This document shows, one piece after another, positions 50,145 through 59,360 of a DNA stretch of 64,000 nt. Both the position numbers and the translations under genes were made by a program. The notes below the pieces were generated by a model that did no database searches, was not told where the DNA came from, and saw only the letters and a program-made list of their open reading frames with translations. Numbering within the stretch: position 1 is the stretch's first letter; each line of letters opens with the position of its first letter. Source of the DNA: an uncultured Gammaproteobacteria bacterium. Lineage in GTDB: Bacteria; Pseudomonadota; Gammaproteobacteria; Pseudomonadales; JAHEGP01. The stretch lies in NCBI GenBank assembly GCA_963792875.1, contig CAWBXV010000002.1:790335-854334 (forward strand), in the 5' to 3' direction.

Positions 50145-50636
50145 TCAGGCCGGAGGTACAGAGGTCCGGTTGCACCACCAGTTCAGGGGCGCCCCGCTAC
50201 GCTCATCGTACACGTTGCCGTAGCTCCAGCGGACATCCGGGCTGCCGCTGAGGGCCTGATCAAACGCGGCTTCGATATTGTCGAAGCCTGCCGTCAGTGG
50301 CAGCGAATACACCAGCAGCAGATCGGACAGAATGTCGCGCCGCCCTTCGAGCTGGGTGACCTGCGGCGTGAGCACCGAATCCCAGGCCGCGGCCGGCACC
50401 CTGCTGTAGACACGCACCGCCAGATTGCCCGAACGCTCGGTCACTCTGAATGCGCCCGGTCGCCCCTCGACCAATTCAAACGCGTCACCCCTCGCCAGTC
50501 CACGCACAAACCCCGGCGAGTGCAAAGCCACATACCGGTTATCAGGCTCGACGCGGACCGCGACTTTTTCATAAACGCGCTCACCATCGGGGCGGGTTCC
50601 GGCGTACAGTTGGATGATAGAATGTTGCTGATTCAC
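50145..50636 (-). CDS. hypothetical protein (possibly DUF4265-like)
   Basis: A 163-aa ORF with coding-like composition and no opposing conserved gene. VRVEPDNRYVALHSPGFVRGLARGDAFEL vaguely recalls DUF4265 proteins. The family assignment is weak. Confidence 0.5.
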   Translation of the reverse strand: MNQQHSIIQLYAGTRPDGERVYEKVAVRVEPDNRYVALHSPGFVRGLARGDAFELVEGRPGAFRVTERSGNLAVRVYSRVPAAAWDSVLTPQVTQLEGRRDILSDLLLVYSLPLTAGFDNIEAAFDQALSGSPDVRWSYGNVYDERSGAPLNWWCNRTSVPPA

Positions 50637-50706
50637 CCTGATATCCCGTGTGCGAGGGCGTGCATTGTAGCATCTACCCTAAACAGCGGGTCATGGAGTT
50701 GATTAA

Positions 50707-52245
50707 ATGGGCAAAGTTCGGCGATGGTCATCCTGGGGGGCATTTGCTGCCGCGATTGCAGCGGCAGCATGCAGCTCGCAGCCGACTTCCGACGATACGC
50801 GGGGGGAAATGCTGTCACAGCAACGGGAAGTGGCCTATGGCCAGCAGCAATTCCTGCCTGCGCAACAGATGCACGGGGGGGAATACCGCCTGGACCCGCA
50901 ACTGGGTGAGTACGTCACCCGCGTGGGACGGGCTCTGGCTCAGGTCAGTGACCGGCCCGAGCTACCCTGGCAATTCGTGGTCCTCAACAACTCCACGCCC
51001 AACAGCTGGTCGCTGCCTGGCGGCAAGATCGCCATTACCCGCAGCTTACTGCAATCGCTACACGACGAATCGGAACTCGCCGCGGTGCTCAGCCACGAGA
51101 TGGTGCACGCCGAGGCGCGCCACAGCCTGCAGGAAATGGACCGTCCGCTCAGCACCAACATGGGGCCCACAGCCCCCAATCTGTTCGGCCAGGACCTGCT
51201 GGTGAGCGGCTCAGTAGCGCTGGGTGCGACACTGATCAACACGCGCTACGGACCCAAGGAAGAGCTGCTGGCCGACGAACACGGCATGCGCTATATGTCC
51301 CGCGCCGGCTATGACGCCGCGGCCGCCGTAGCCCTGCTCACGCGCGCTCAACAGGGCGACATGATGCAGGCGGGTCAGGGAGACTGGTACAGCGGCCTGT
51401 TCGCGGGCCATCCGCCCAGCCACGAGCGCCTGCAGGCCGCGCAGAAGACACTGACCACCCTCCAACCGGGTCAGAGTACCGGCGAGAACACCTTCACAGA
51501 GGCCACGCGCAAGCTGCGGGGCGATTCCCACGCCTACGCCATCTACGACAGCGGCGTGGCGGCGCTGGCGCAGCAGCGGCCCGACGAGGCCCTGGCGCTG
51601 AGTCAGCAGGCGATCGGGCTGCTGCCGGATGAGAGCCTGTTTCGTGAGCTGGAGGGCCGCTGCCTGGAGGTCCTCGGCCAGTACCGCGCCGCCCTGGCCG
51701 CCTACGACAAGGCCGTCGCACTCGACGACCGCTACTACGCGCACTTGCTCCACCGCGGCCTGCTGAAGTATGCCATGGGTGACAAACACGGCGCCTGGAG
51801 CGATCTGGAGCAGAGCCATGCGCTGCTTCCGACCCAGCTTGCCAACCACTACCTCGGCGTGCTGGCAAGGGACCGCGGGGATCGCAAGGCAGCGAGCGCC
51901 TGGTTCAAGGCGAGCGCCGAGGCCGGCGGCACGCTGGGGTCTCAATCCGAGCTGATGATGATCGAAAACGACGTCGAGAAATGGCTGCCGGCTCTGCTGG
52001 GCGTCAACGCCGAGGGTCAGCTGGAGGTCGCCGTGGGCAACCGCAGCCGCGTCAGCTTCCGGGACTGCGAAGTCGATATCATCCGGCGCCAGGGCGAGGT
52101 CGAGCAGCGCGTCGCCACGATCACCGTCGCGCCCGTGCCATCGGGCTTTTACAGCCCGCGCACGGCAACGGGCATCGGCCCGATCGACCAGGGCCAGCTG
52201 TCATCCTACTCAGCCCGCGTCACACACACCAATCCGGCCGAATAA
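50707..52245 (+). CDS. M48-family zinc metallopeptidase with TPR repeats, probable lipoprotein
   Basis: HExxH in LSHEMVHAEARH, a signal/lipobox-like N-terminus (AFAAAIAAAACSSQ), TPR-like repeats (ALALSQQAIGLLPDE..., YRAALAAYDKAVALDDRY...) and an unassigned ~110-aa C-terminal domain. Confidence 0.82.
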   Translation: MGKVRRWSSWGAFAAAIAAAACSSQPTSDDTRGEMLSQQREVAYGQQQFLPAQQMHGGEYRLDPQLGEYVTRVGRALAQVSDRPELPWQFVVLNNSTPNSWSLPGGKIAITRSLLQSLHDESELAAVLSHEMVHAEARHSLQEMDRPLSTNMGPTAPNLFGQDLLVSGSVALGATLINTRYGPKEELLADEHGMRYMSRAGYDAAAAVALLTRAQQGDMMQAGQGDWYSGLFAGHPPSHERLQAAQKTLTTLQPGQSTGENTFTEATRKLRGDSHAYAIYDSGVAALAQQRPDEALALSQQAIGLLPDESLFRELEGRCLEVLGQYRAALAAYDKAVALDDRYYAHLLHRGLLKYAMGDKHGAWSDLEQSHALLPTQLANHYLGVLARDRGDRKAASAWFKASAEAGGTLGSQSELMMIENDVEKWLPALLGVNAEGQLEVAVGNRSRVSFRDCEVDIIRRQGEVEQRVATITVAPVPSGFYSPRTATGIGPIDQGQLSSYSARVTHTNPAE

Positions 52246-52308
52246 ATCGGGAGCGATTGTTTTATACTAGGGCGCTGCAGACAGTAAGGTAGGTTGTGGG
52301 GTATTGCC

Positions 52309-52680
52309 ATGTATCCGGGCCAGATGAAAAAAATCGTCGACAGGTATATCACCGCGCTCAATGCGCACGATATGGCTGCGGTGCTGGAGATATACGACGC
52401 CGATGCCACCCTGGAAGACCCCGTAGGCACCGAGCCTCGGCGCGGGATGTCGCAGATTCGCGAGCTTTACGACATGGCGTTCGCCCAGAATATCACCGCC
52501 AGACTCAACGGTGACGTGCGCATTGCCGCGAACTTTGCCGCCTTTCCATTTGCGGTGGCGCTCAGGCCCGAGGGTCGCGCCTTCAAACTCGAGGTCATCG
52601 ATGTGTTCGAGTTCAACGACGCGGGTAAGATCATCGCGCAGAAGGCGTACTGGGGCCCCGAAAATCTGAGCCGACTCTGA
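52309..52680 (+). CDS. SnoaL/NTF2-like (ketosteroid-isomerase-like) protein
   Basis: IVDRYITALNAHDMAAVLEIYDADATLEDPVG and a small alpha+beta-barrel size (~123 aa). The start is uncertain (TTG 52294, ATG 52309 or ATG 52324). Confidence 0.65.
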   Translation: MYPGQMKKIVDRYITALNAHDMAAVLEIYDADATLEDPVGTEPRRGMSQIRELYDMAFAQNITARLNGDVRIAANFAAFPFAVALRPEGRAFKLEVIDVFEFNDAGKIIAQKAYWGPENLSRL

Positions 52681-52685
52681 CCCCC

Positions 52686-53210
52686 GTGTCGTGGAATACC
52701 GCGAGCGCCATCGTCGCGCAGCTCGACCGGCTGTCGCTGTGGGCAGGTCGCCTGGCGGCTGTATGCTGTGCGCTGATGGCCGCCTGCACCGGCGCCGTCG
52801 TGGTCATGCGCTACGGTCTGGGCGCGGGTTCAGTGGCCCTGCAGGAGTTCGTCAGCTACCTGCACTCCGCCGTTTTCATGCTGGGAGCGGGTTTCACGCT
52901 GCAGCGTCAGGGACACGTACGCGTCGACATCTTCTATCGGCGTTTCTCCGAGCGGACCCGCGCCTGGATCGACAGCCTGGGCGCGATTGTTTTTCTGTTT
53001 CCGCTGTGCGTGTTTATCGCCATCGTGAGCCATGGCTATGTGGTCGATGCCTGGTCGATCCGCGAAGCATCGGGCGACCCCGGCGGGCTGCCAGTGGTAT
53101 TCGTCTGGAAGAGCCTGATTCCGCTGATGGCGGTGCTGCTGCTGCTGCAGGGGAGCACCGAAATTCTGCGCAACCTGATGATTCTCAGCGCCCCGCCCAG
53201 GTCATGCTGA
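52686..53210 (+). CDS. TRAP transporter small permease (DctQ-like)
   Basis: Four TM helices and the conserved GHVRVDIFYRRFS motif. Directly upstream of the large permease. Confidence 0.8.
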   Translation: MSWNTASAIVAQLDRLSLWAGRLAAVCCALMAACTGAVVVMRYGLGAGSVALQEFVSYLHSAVFMLGAGFTLQRQGHVRVDIFYRRFSERTRAWIDSLGAIVFLFPLCVFIAIVSHGYVVDAWSIREASGDPGGLPVVFVWKSLIPLMAVLLLLQGSTEILRNLMILSAPPRSC

Positions 53211-53221
53211 GGTACCCCGCC

Positions 53222-53263
53222 CCCGGCCTGGGCGGCATACCCGACACCTCGGCCCAGGCCGGG
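53222..53263 (+). other. intercistronic GC-rich stem-loop between the TRAP small and large permease genes
   Basis: CCCGGCCTGGGC (53222-53233) pairs perfectly with GCCCAGGCCGGG (53252-53263), giving a 12-bp stem and an 18-nt loop. It sits 12 nt after the dctQ-like stop and 17 nt before the dctM-like ATG. Confidence 0.5.
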
Positions 53264-53280
53264 CCGAGCAGATAAGGTCA

Positions 53281-54654
53281 ATGCAGGAATACGCCTCGCT
53301 CCTTATGTTTGGCTCAGTGTGCCTGCTGCTCGCGCTGGGCTATCCCGTGGCCTTCACCCTCGGCGGCACCGCCCTGTGGGCGGCCGGCATCGGCATCGTG
53401 CTGGGATGGTTCGATGTGCAGCTGCTGGGCGCCATGCCCAGCCGCCTGTTCGGCATCATGAGCAACACCACCCTGACAGCCGTGCCGTTGTTCATCCTGA
53501 TGGGCATCATCATGCAGCGCTCGCGCCTGGCGGATGCACTGCTGGAGTCGCTGAGCGCGTCCTTCGGCCGCCTGCCCGGGGGGCTGGGCCTCGCCGTGCT
53601 GCTGGTCGGCGCCCTGCTGGCAGCCAGCACGGGAATCGTGGGGGCCACGGTCGTCACCCTGGGCCTCATCTCGCTGCCCACGATGCTGCGGCATGGCTAC
53701 CGCCCGTCACTGGCCTGCGGCACCATCTGCGCGACGGGAACTCTGGGACAGATCGTGCCGCCCTCGATCGTGCTCATCCTGCTGGGCGACATCCTGGCCA
53801 GCAGTTATCAGCAGGCGCAGCTGTCGCAGGGCAATTTCACGCCCGACACCGTGTCGGTCGGCGAGCTGTTCACCGGGGCACTCATCCCGGGGGCCATGCT
53901 GGTTGGCCTGTACGCGCTGTTCATCCTCCTCACCGCGCTGCTGCGGCCCGCCGCCATGCCGCGCCTGGCGAACCGGGGGGCGGCGCCCAGCGCGCGGCAG
54001 CTGACTGCCGCCATCGCACCACCCCTGGTGCTGATGCTGGCAGTGCTGGGCTCGATCATCATCGGTGTCGCCACCCCCACCGAGGCCGCGGGCGTCGGGG
54101 CGATCGGCGCCGCCCTGCTGGCGGCGGCCAAGGGTGAGCTGGGATTGCGCAGGATATCGCAGGTCAGCATGGAGACCATGCAGGTGACCAGCATGGTGTT
54201 CGCCATACTCATCGGCGCCACACTGTTCTCCCTGGTGTTCCGCGGCCTGGGAGGCGACGCGCTGATTCAGCACATGTTCGCGCAGCTCCCCGGCGGCGCC
54301 ATGAGCGCAACGCTGGCGGTCATGCTGGTGATTTTTCTGCTGGGCTTTATTCTCGACTTCATCGAGATCTGCTTTGTGGTAGTGCCGGTGGTAGCGCCCG
54401 TGCTGCTTGGCATGGGCATCGATCCGGTGTGGCTCGGCATCGTCATGGCCGTCAACCTGCAGACGTCCTTCCTCACCCCGCCCTTCGGTTTCGCGCTGTT
54501 CTACCTGCGCGGCGTCGCCCCCTCCGAGGTCTCCACGGCGGACATTTATCGGGGCGTTGTGCCGTTTATCCTGATACAGTTACTGCTTTTGAGTATACTT
54601 TTCATCTGGCCTGACTTGGCCACCTGGTTACCCGATGCGCTCTATAAAAACTAA
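53281..54654 (+). CDS. TRAP transporter large permease (DctM-like)
   Basis: A 457-aa polytopic membrane protein with DctM-family motifs (PLFILMGIIM, GTLGQIVPPS, PPFGFALFYL). Confidence 0.9.
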   Translation: MQEYASLLMFGSVCLLLALGYPVAFTLGGTALWAAGIGIVLGWFDVQLLGAMPSRLFGIMSNTTLTAVPLFILMGIIMQRSRLADALLESLSASFGRLPGGLGLAVLLVGALLAASTGIVGATVVTLGLISLPTMLRHGYRPSLACGTICATGTLGQIVPPSIVLILLGDILASSYQQAQLSQGNFTPDTVSVGELFTGALIPGAMLVGLYALFILLTALLRPAAMPRLANRGAAPSARQLTAAIAPPLVLMLAVLGSIIIGVATPTEAAGVGAIGAALLAAAKGELGLRRISQVSMETMQVTSMVFAILIGATLFSLVFRGLGGDALIQHMFAQLPGGAMSATLAVMLVIFLLGFILDFIEICFVVVPVVAPVLLGMGIDPVWLGIVMAVNLQTSFLTPPFGFALFYLRGVAPSEVSTADIYRGVVPFILIQLLLLSILFIWPDLATWLPDALYKN

Positions 54655-54706
54655 CAATTAGCCCCGGGAGGCAGCCGTGCGCCGGGGCAACGCACAGGAC
54701 ACTGTC

Positions 54707-55114
54707 ATGGCAGCGATCGACACCCAACCGCTCCCCAATGGCGAGCTGTATCTGCAGACCATCGCCATGCCCAGAGACACCAACGCCAGCGGCGACATTT
54801 TCGGCGGCTGGCTGGTATCGCAGATGGACCTGGCTGGCGGCATCGCAGCCAGCCGGCTTGCTGCCGGCAGGATCGCGACCGTGGCCATCGACAGCATGAG
54901 CTTCATGCTCCCGGTCAAGGTGGGTGCGCTGGTATCCTGCTACTGCGAGATCGTCGAAACCGGGCGCAGTTCCATCCAGATCGCCGTCGAGGTGTGGGCC
55001 AGTTACGCGCGCCAGCCCAGTCCCACCAAAGTGACGGAGGGGCGGTTCATCTTCGTTGCCATCGACGACAATGGCCGCACCCGCCCCATCGACAACGCGC
55101 GCCGGCACGGCTGA
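54707..55114 (+). CDS. yciA: acyl-CoA thioesterase, YciA type (hotdog fold)
   Basis: From ATG 54707: MAAIDTQPLPNGELYLQTIAMPRDTNASGDIFGGWLVSQMDLAG. This aligns by eye with E. coli YciA (...LVLRTLAMPADTNANGDIFGGWLMSQMD). Confidence 0.85.
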   Translation: MAAIDTQPLPNGELYLQTIAMPRDTNASGDIFGGWLVSQMDLAGGIAASRLAAGRIATVAIDSMSFMLPVKVGALVSCYCEIVETGRSSIQIAVEVWASYARQPSPTKVTEGRFIFVAIDDNGRTRPIDNARRHG

Positions 55115-55150
55115 GACAACCCCCACCGCCTGCGCCTACAGCACCAGTAG

Positions 55151-56314
55151 TCACGGCGCGGCACGCTCGTCGAGGTCCCGCGCCTCGAGATAGGCCTTCT
55201 CGGAGAGTCGATGGTAGCGGCTGACTCCCTTGAGATAGGCTGTAAATGAGCGATAAACCTCCGCGAACTGCGGGTCTGCCGCCGCCTTTTCGGCGATGAC
55301 CTCGCGCGAGAGCCGCCGCAGTTCTCGCAGCACGTCATCGGGCAGCGCCCGCAGCTCGACGCCATGCTCATCGACCAGGCTGCGCAGCGCCTCGCTGTTG
55401 CTGGCAGTGTACTCGTCGAGCATGTCCTGGTTGATGGCGCGCGCCGCCACCGTGACAATGGTCTGCAGGTCCGCCGGCAGCGCCTGCCACGCCTGTCGAT
55501 TGACCAGCATCTCAAGGGTCGGGCCGGGCTCGTGCCAGCCGGGGTAATAATAGTATCTGCCGACCTCGTGCAGGCCGAACGACAGATCATTGTAGGGGCC
55601 CACCCACTCCGTCGCGTCGATCACGCCCGTCTGCAGCGAGGTGTAGATTTCCCCCCCCGGCAGCGTGACCGCAGTGCCGCCCGCACGCTCGAACACCTGC
55701 CCTGCCAATCCCGGGATGCGCATCTTCAGGCCTTTGAAGTCCTCGATGCCGCGAATCTCGCGATTGAACCACCCGGCCATCTGCACCCCGGTGTTGCCGG
55801 CGGCCAGTGGCACCAGGTTGAACGGCTCGTAGAGGCGCCGCCACAGCTCCATGCCGCCGCCATGATACAGCCAGCCGTTCATTTCCTGGGCGGTGAGGCC
55901 AAAGGGCACGGTGGTGAAAAATGCCGCCGCCGGCAGCTTGCCGGTCCAGTAGTAGGCGGCGCCGTGGCCCATCTGCACGGTGCCCCCGGCTACCGCCTCG
56001 AACACCTGCATCGCCGGCACCAGCTCGCCGGCGCCGTAGACGTGAATCTTCAGGCGCCCGCCGCTCATGTCCTCGACCCACTGGGCAAAGCGCACCGGGG
56101 CCGTGCCCAACCCCGGGAAATTGCTCGGCCAGGTGGTCACCATCTTCCACTCCAGCGGCACGCCCGCGGCAGCGGCGGCGCCAGGCCGCGGGGGAACCAG
56201 GGGCACACCCCGCCCAGCCACGCCCCACCAGAACAGGGCGACCAGCGCCGCGACCAGCAGGAGAATAACGGCGGGCATGGCCCGGTTGAGTCTTGCCACG
56301 GACATCGCTTCCAT
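55151..56314 (-). CDS. TRAP transporter substrate-binding protein (COG4663/FcbT1-like DctP family)
   Basis: WKMVTTWPSNFPGLG, GGRLKIHVYGAGELVP and MGHGAAYYW. The N-terminal hydrophobic anchor or signal is MPAVILLLVAALVALFWW. Convergent with the permease genes. Confidence 0.85.
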   Translation of the reverse strand: MEAMSVARLNRAMPAVILLLVAALVALFWWGVAGRGVPLVPPRPGAAAAAGVPLEWKMVTTWPSNFPGLGTAPVRFAQWVEDMSGGRLKIHVYGAGELVPAMQVFEAVAGGTVQMGHGAAYYWTGKLPAAAFFTTVPFGLTAQEMNGWLYHGGGMELWRRLYEPFNLVPLAAGNTGVQMAGWFNREIRGIEDFKGLKMRIPGLAGQVFERAGGTAVTLPGGEIYTSLQTGVIDATEWVGPYNDLSFGLHEVGRYYYYPGWHEPGPTLEMLVNRQAWQALPADLQTIVTVAARAINQDMLDEYTASNSEALRSLVDEHGVELRALPDDVLRELRRLSREVIAEKAAADPQFAEVYRSFTAYLKGVSRYHRLSEKAYLEARDLDERAAP

Positions 56315-56467
56315 CCAGCTTGAAAGTTGCAGGCGCCAGCTGCGGAAAACCCTGGCCTTGCGGGCAGCCAGCCAGCGGCCACGCCGCAGCGTGGGGGAGG
56401 ACCCCCCGCGAGCCCCATTGTCAATCCCCTCCCGGCGAGGCGCGCGATCTGCGTCAATACCGTCGCG

Positions 56468-58624
56468 TCACTCCAGCGGCTGCAGCCTGGCATACTGCAG
56501 CACCAGCCACTTGGCGCCCTCCCGGTCGAAATTGACCTGAACCCGTGCGTTGGGGCCCTGACCTTCGACCTGCAGGATCGTGCCCTCGCCAAAAACCTTG
56601 TGGCTGACCCGCTGACCCAGCGCAATGCCGCCGCCCTCGCCCTCCGCCGCTGAGGCGCGAGGCGCCGGCGGCGAGCGCAGGGCGCCACCCAATCTCACCT
56701 CTTCCAGCAGCTGGACCGGCAGCTCGCGAATAAAGCGCGATGGCGGGTTATAGTTGTCGCGCCCGTGCAGGCGGCGGCTCTCGGCGTAGGTGACGACGAG
56801 TCGCTCCATCGCCCGCGTGATGCCCACGTAACACAGTCGCCGCTCCTCTTCGAGGCGCCCGGGGTCTTCGGCCGACATGCGATGGGGAAAGAGGTTCTCC
56901 TCGACGCCAGCCATGAACACCAGCGGGAATTCCAGCCCCTTGGCCGAGTGCAGCGTCATCAACTGCACCGAATCCTCGTATTCATCGGCCTGGCGCTCAC
57001 CGGCATCGAGGGCGGCGCTGTCGAGGAACTGCTGCAGAGGGCCGCCCTCCTGGGTCGCGTCGTGCTCGAAGCCGCCCGCCGCCGAAACCAGTTCCTCCAG
57101 GTTTTCGACCCTGGCCTGACCGCGCTCCCCACGTTCGCTGCGATGGAACTCGATCAGCCCGCTGGCCTCGATCACGTGGTCGATCACATCGGACAGCGCC
57201 AACTCGCCGATCTCGCCTTCGAGGCGTTCGATCAGCGCCATAAACTGCTGCAGATTGGCGAGGGTGCGCGCGCCCAGTGCGCGCCGCTCCGCCGCCAGCA
57301 CCATCGCCCGCCACAGGGAGACCCGCTCCTGCCGCGCCAGCTGTCGGAGCTGCTCCTGGGTCTTGTCGCCGACACCACGCGTGGGGGTGTTGATGATGCG
57401 CTCCAGGGCCGGGTCGTCGTCACGGTTCATGATCAGGCGCAGATACGCCAGGGCATTGCGGATTTCCATGCGATCGTAGAAGCGCTGCCCACCGTAGACG
57501 CGATAGGGCACCCCTGCCCTGAGCAGCGCGTCTTCCAGGGTGCGGGACTGGGCATTGGAGCGATACAGGATGGCGCACTCGGAACGCGCCCGGCCCCGCG
57601 CGACCCAATCCTCGATGCGGCTGACGATGAAATTGGCCTCGTCGACTTCGTTGAAACCCGCATACAGGGCGATGCTGTCGCCGTCGGCGCCAGCGGTCCA
57701 CAATTCCTTGCCCAGGCGACCGGCATTGTTGGCGATCAGTGCGTTGGCGGCGCGCAATATGGTGGCCGTGGAGCGGTAGTTCTGCTCCAGGCGGATGATG
57801 GGCGCCCCCGCGAAATCCCTGGTGAACTGCTGGATATTCTCGATTCTGGCCCCACGCCAGCCATAGATCGATTGATCATCGTCGCCCACCGCCGTGACGG
57901 CAGAGCGGCTCCCGGCCAGCACCCGCAGCCAGGCGTACTGAATGGCGTTGGTGTCCTGGAACTCATCCACCAGCATGAAGCGGAAGCGCTCCTGGTAGTG
58001 ACCCAGCAGCTGCGGCTGATTCAACCACAGCTCGTGCGACCGCAGCAGCAGCTCGCCAAAATCCACCAGGCCAAGGCGCCCGCACTGCTCCTCGTAGGCT
58101 CGATACAATTGCAGCATGATGCGCTGATAGGGATCGCCCCAGTCCTCGATGCTGCCGGCCCGCAGGCCCTCGTCCTTCTGGGCATTGACAAAGCCCTGCA
58201 CCTGGCGGGGAGGCCACTTGCTGTCATCGACCCCCTGTTCGCGCATGATGCGCTTGATGACCCGCAGCTGGTCGTCGGAGTCGAGTATCTGGAACGACTG
58301 GGGCAGGCCCGCCTCGCGCCAGTGCGCCTTCAACAGTCGGTGCGCCAGGCCGTGAAAAGTGCCCACCCACATGCCGCGCGTGGGAAACGCCAGCAGCTCC
58401 TCCAGACGCCCGCGCATTTCACGCGCGGCTTTGTTGGTGAACGTCACCGCGAGGATACTGTGGGGGGAGACGCCCTCGACCTTTACCAGCCAGGCGACGC
58501 GATGGACCAGCACCCGGGTCTTGCCGCTGCCGGCGCCGGCCAGCACCAGCTGGTGCCCCGCTGGACCGCACACGGCCGCCCGCTGGGCTTCGTTGAGAGT
58601 CTGAATGATCGAGCTTACGTCCAT
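56468..58624 (-). CDS. uvrD: DNA helicase II
   Basis: From ATG 58624: MDVSSIIQTLNEAQRAAV, like E. coli MDVSYLLDSLN. Walker A AGAGSGKT, plus DEFQDTN, QNYRS and TLHSAKGLEF. Confidence 0.95.
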   Translation of the reverse strand: MDVSSIIQTLNEAQRAAVCGPAGHQLVLAGAGSGKTRVLVHRVAWLVKVEGVSPHSILAVTFTNKAAREMRGRLEELLAFPTRGMWVGTFHGLAHRLLKAHWREAGLPQSFQILDSDDQLRVIKRIMREQGVDDSKWPPRQVQGFVNAQKDEGLRAGSIEDWGDPYQRIMLQLYRAYEEQCGRLGLVDFGELLLRSHELWLNQPQLLGHYQERFRFMLVDEFQDTNAIQYAWLRVLAGSRSAVTAVGDDDQSIYGWRGARIENIQQFTRDFAGAPIIRLEQNYRSTATILRAANALIANNAGRLGKELWTAGADGDSIALYAGFNEVDEANFIVSRIEDWVARGRARSECAILYRSNAQSRTLEDALLRAGVPYRVYGGQRFYDRMEIRNALAYLRLIMNRDDDPALERIINTPTRGVGDKTQEQLRQLARQERVSLWRAMVLAAERRALGARTLANLQQFMALIERLEGEIGELALSDVIDHVIEASGLIEFHRSERGERGQARVENLEELVSAAGGFEHDATQEGGPLQQFLDSAALDAGERQADEYEDSVQLMTLHSAKGLEFPLVFMAGVEENLFPHRMSAEDPGRLEEERRLCYVGITRAMERLVVTYAESRRLHGRDNYNPPSRFIRELPVQLLEEVRLGGALRSPPAPRASAAEGEGGGIALGQRVSHKVFGEGTILQVEGQGPNARVQVNFDREGAKWLVLQYARLQPLE

Positions 58625-58731
58625 GCGCGGCATTCTACCAGAGTCACCGCGGCGCTGCCGGTGCAAAAGCGATAGACTGGGCGCTTTGATTCGGCCCATA
58701 CTTGCCGCCGGTAAGCTGCAGAGAGAATGCC

Positions 58732-59223
58732 ATGAGCCAGTTCGATTACGTCAAGGCCCGCCGCGAAGATGTCGCCCCGATACCGGAGAAGCACGCCGCG
58801 CTCGTTCACAAGATCATCCGTACCTATACCCGCTTCAATGTCTGGGTATTCAAGAAGAGCGGCGGGCGGCTGATGAAAACCTGGCCGGGTGGCTACCCCA
58901 TCTGCCTGGTGGAGACCACCGGCGCGCGCAGCGGCGCCAAACGGGAGATCGCCCTGATCCACGTGCCAAAAGGCGATGACATACTGCTGGTAGCCTCTGA
59001 GGGCGGCATGAATCGGCACCCCTCCTGGTATTACAACATCACCAGGCACCCGGATATCACCATCACCGCCAACGGCAGCACCCGCGCCATGCACGCACGC
59101 CGCATCAGCGCGGAAGAGAAGCGCGAGCTGTGGCCGCTGATCACCTCGGTGTATCCGGACTACGATGAATATCAGGCACGCACCGACCGCGACATCCCGG
59201 TTTTTCGGTGCTCCGCGCGCTAA
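58732..59223 (+). CDS. DUF385 / deazaflavin-dependent nitroreductase-family protein
   Basis: GARSGAKREIALIHV, PSWYYNITRHPDITITANG and YPDYDEYQARTDRDIPVF match the split-barrel DUF385 (Ddn-like) family pattern. Confidence 0.75.
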   Translation: MSQFDYVKARREDVAPIPEKHAALVHKIIRTYTRFNVWVFKKSGGRLMKTWPGGYPICLVETTGARSGAKREIALIHVPKGDDILLVASEGGMNRHPSWYYNITRHPDITITANGSTRAMHARRISAEEKRELWPLITSVYPDYDEYQARTDRDIPVFRCSAR

Positions 59224-59360
59224 CCGGACGTCGGCCCTGCGCTGACGCCGCCTGAACCCGGCACCACAGTCAACCAGGGCGTCACGCGAATTCTGCCCAT
59301 TTGTGCATAGCCAGACGCCGCGCATTGGGGATAAGGTGGCAGGCTTATGCACCTTGCCGG

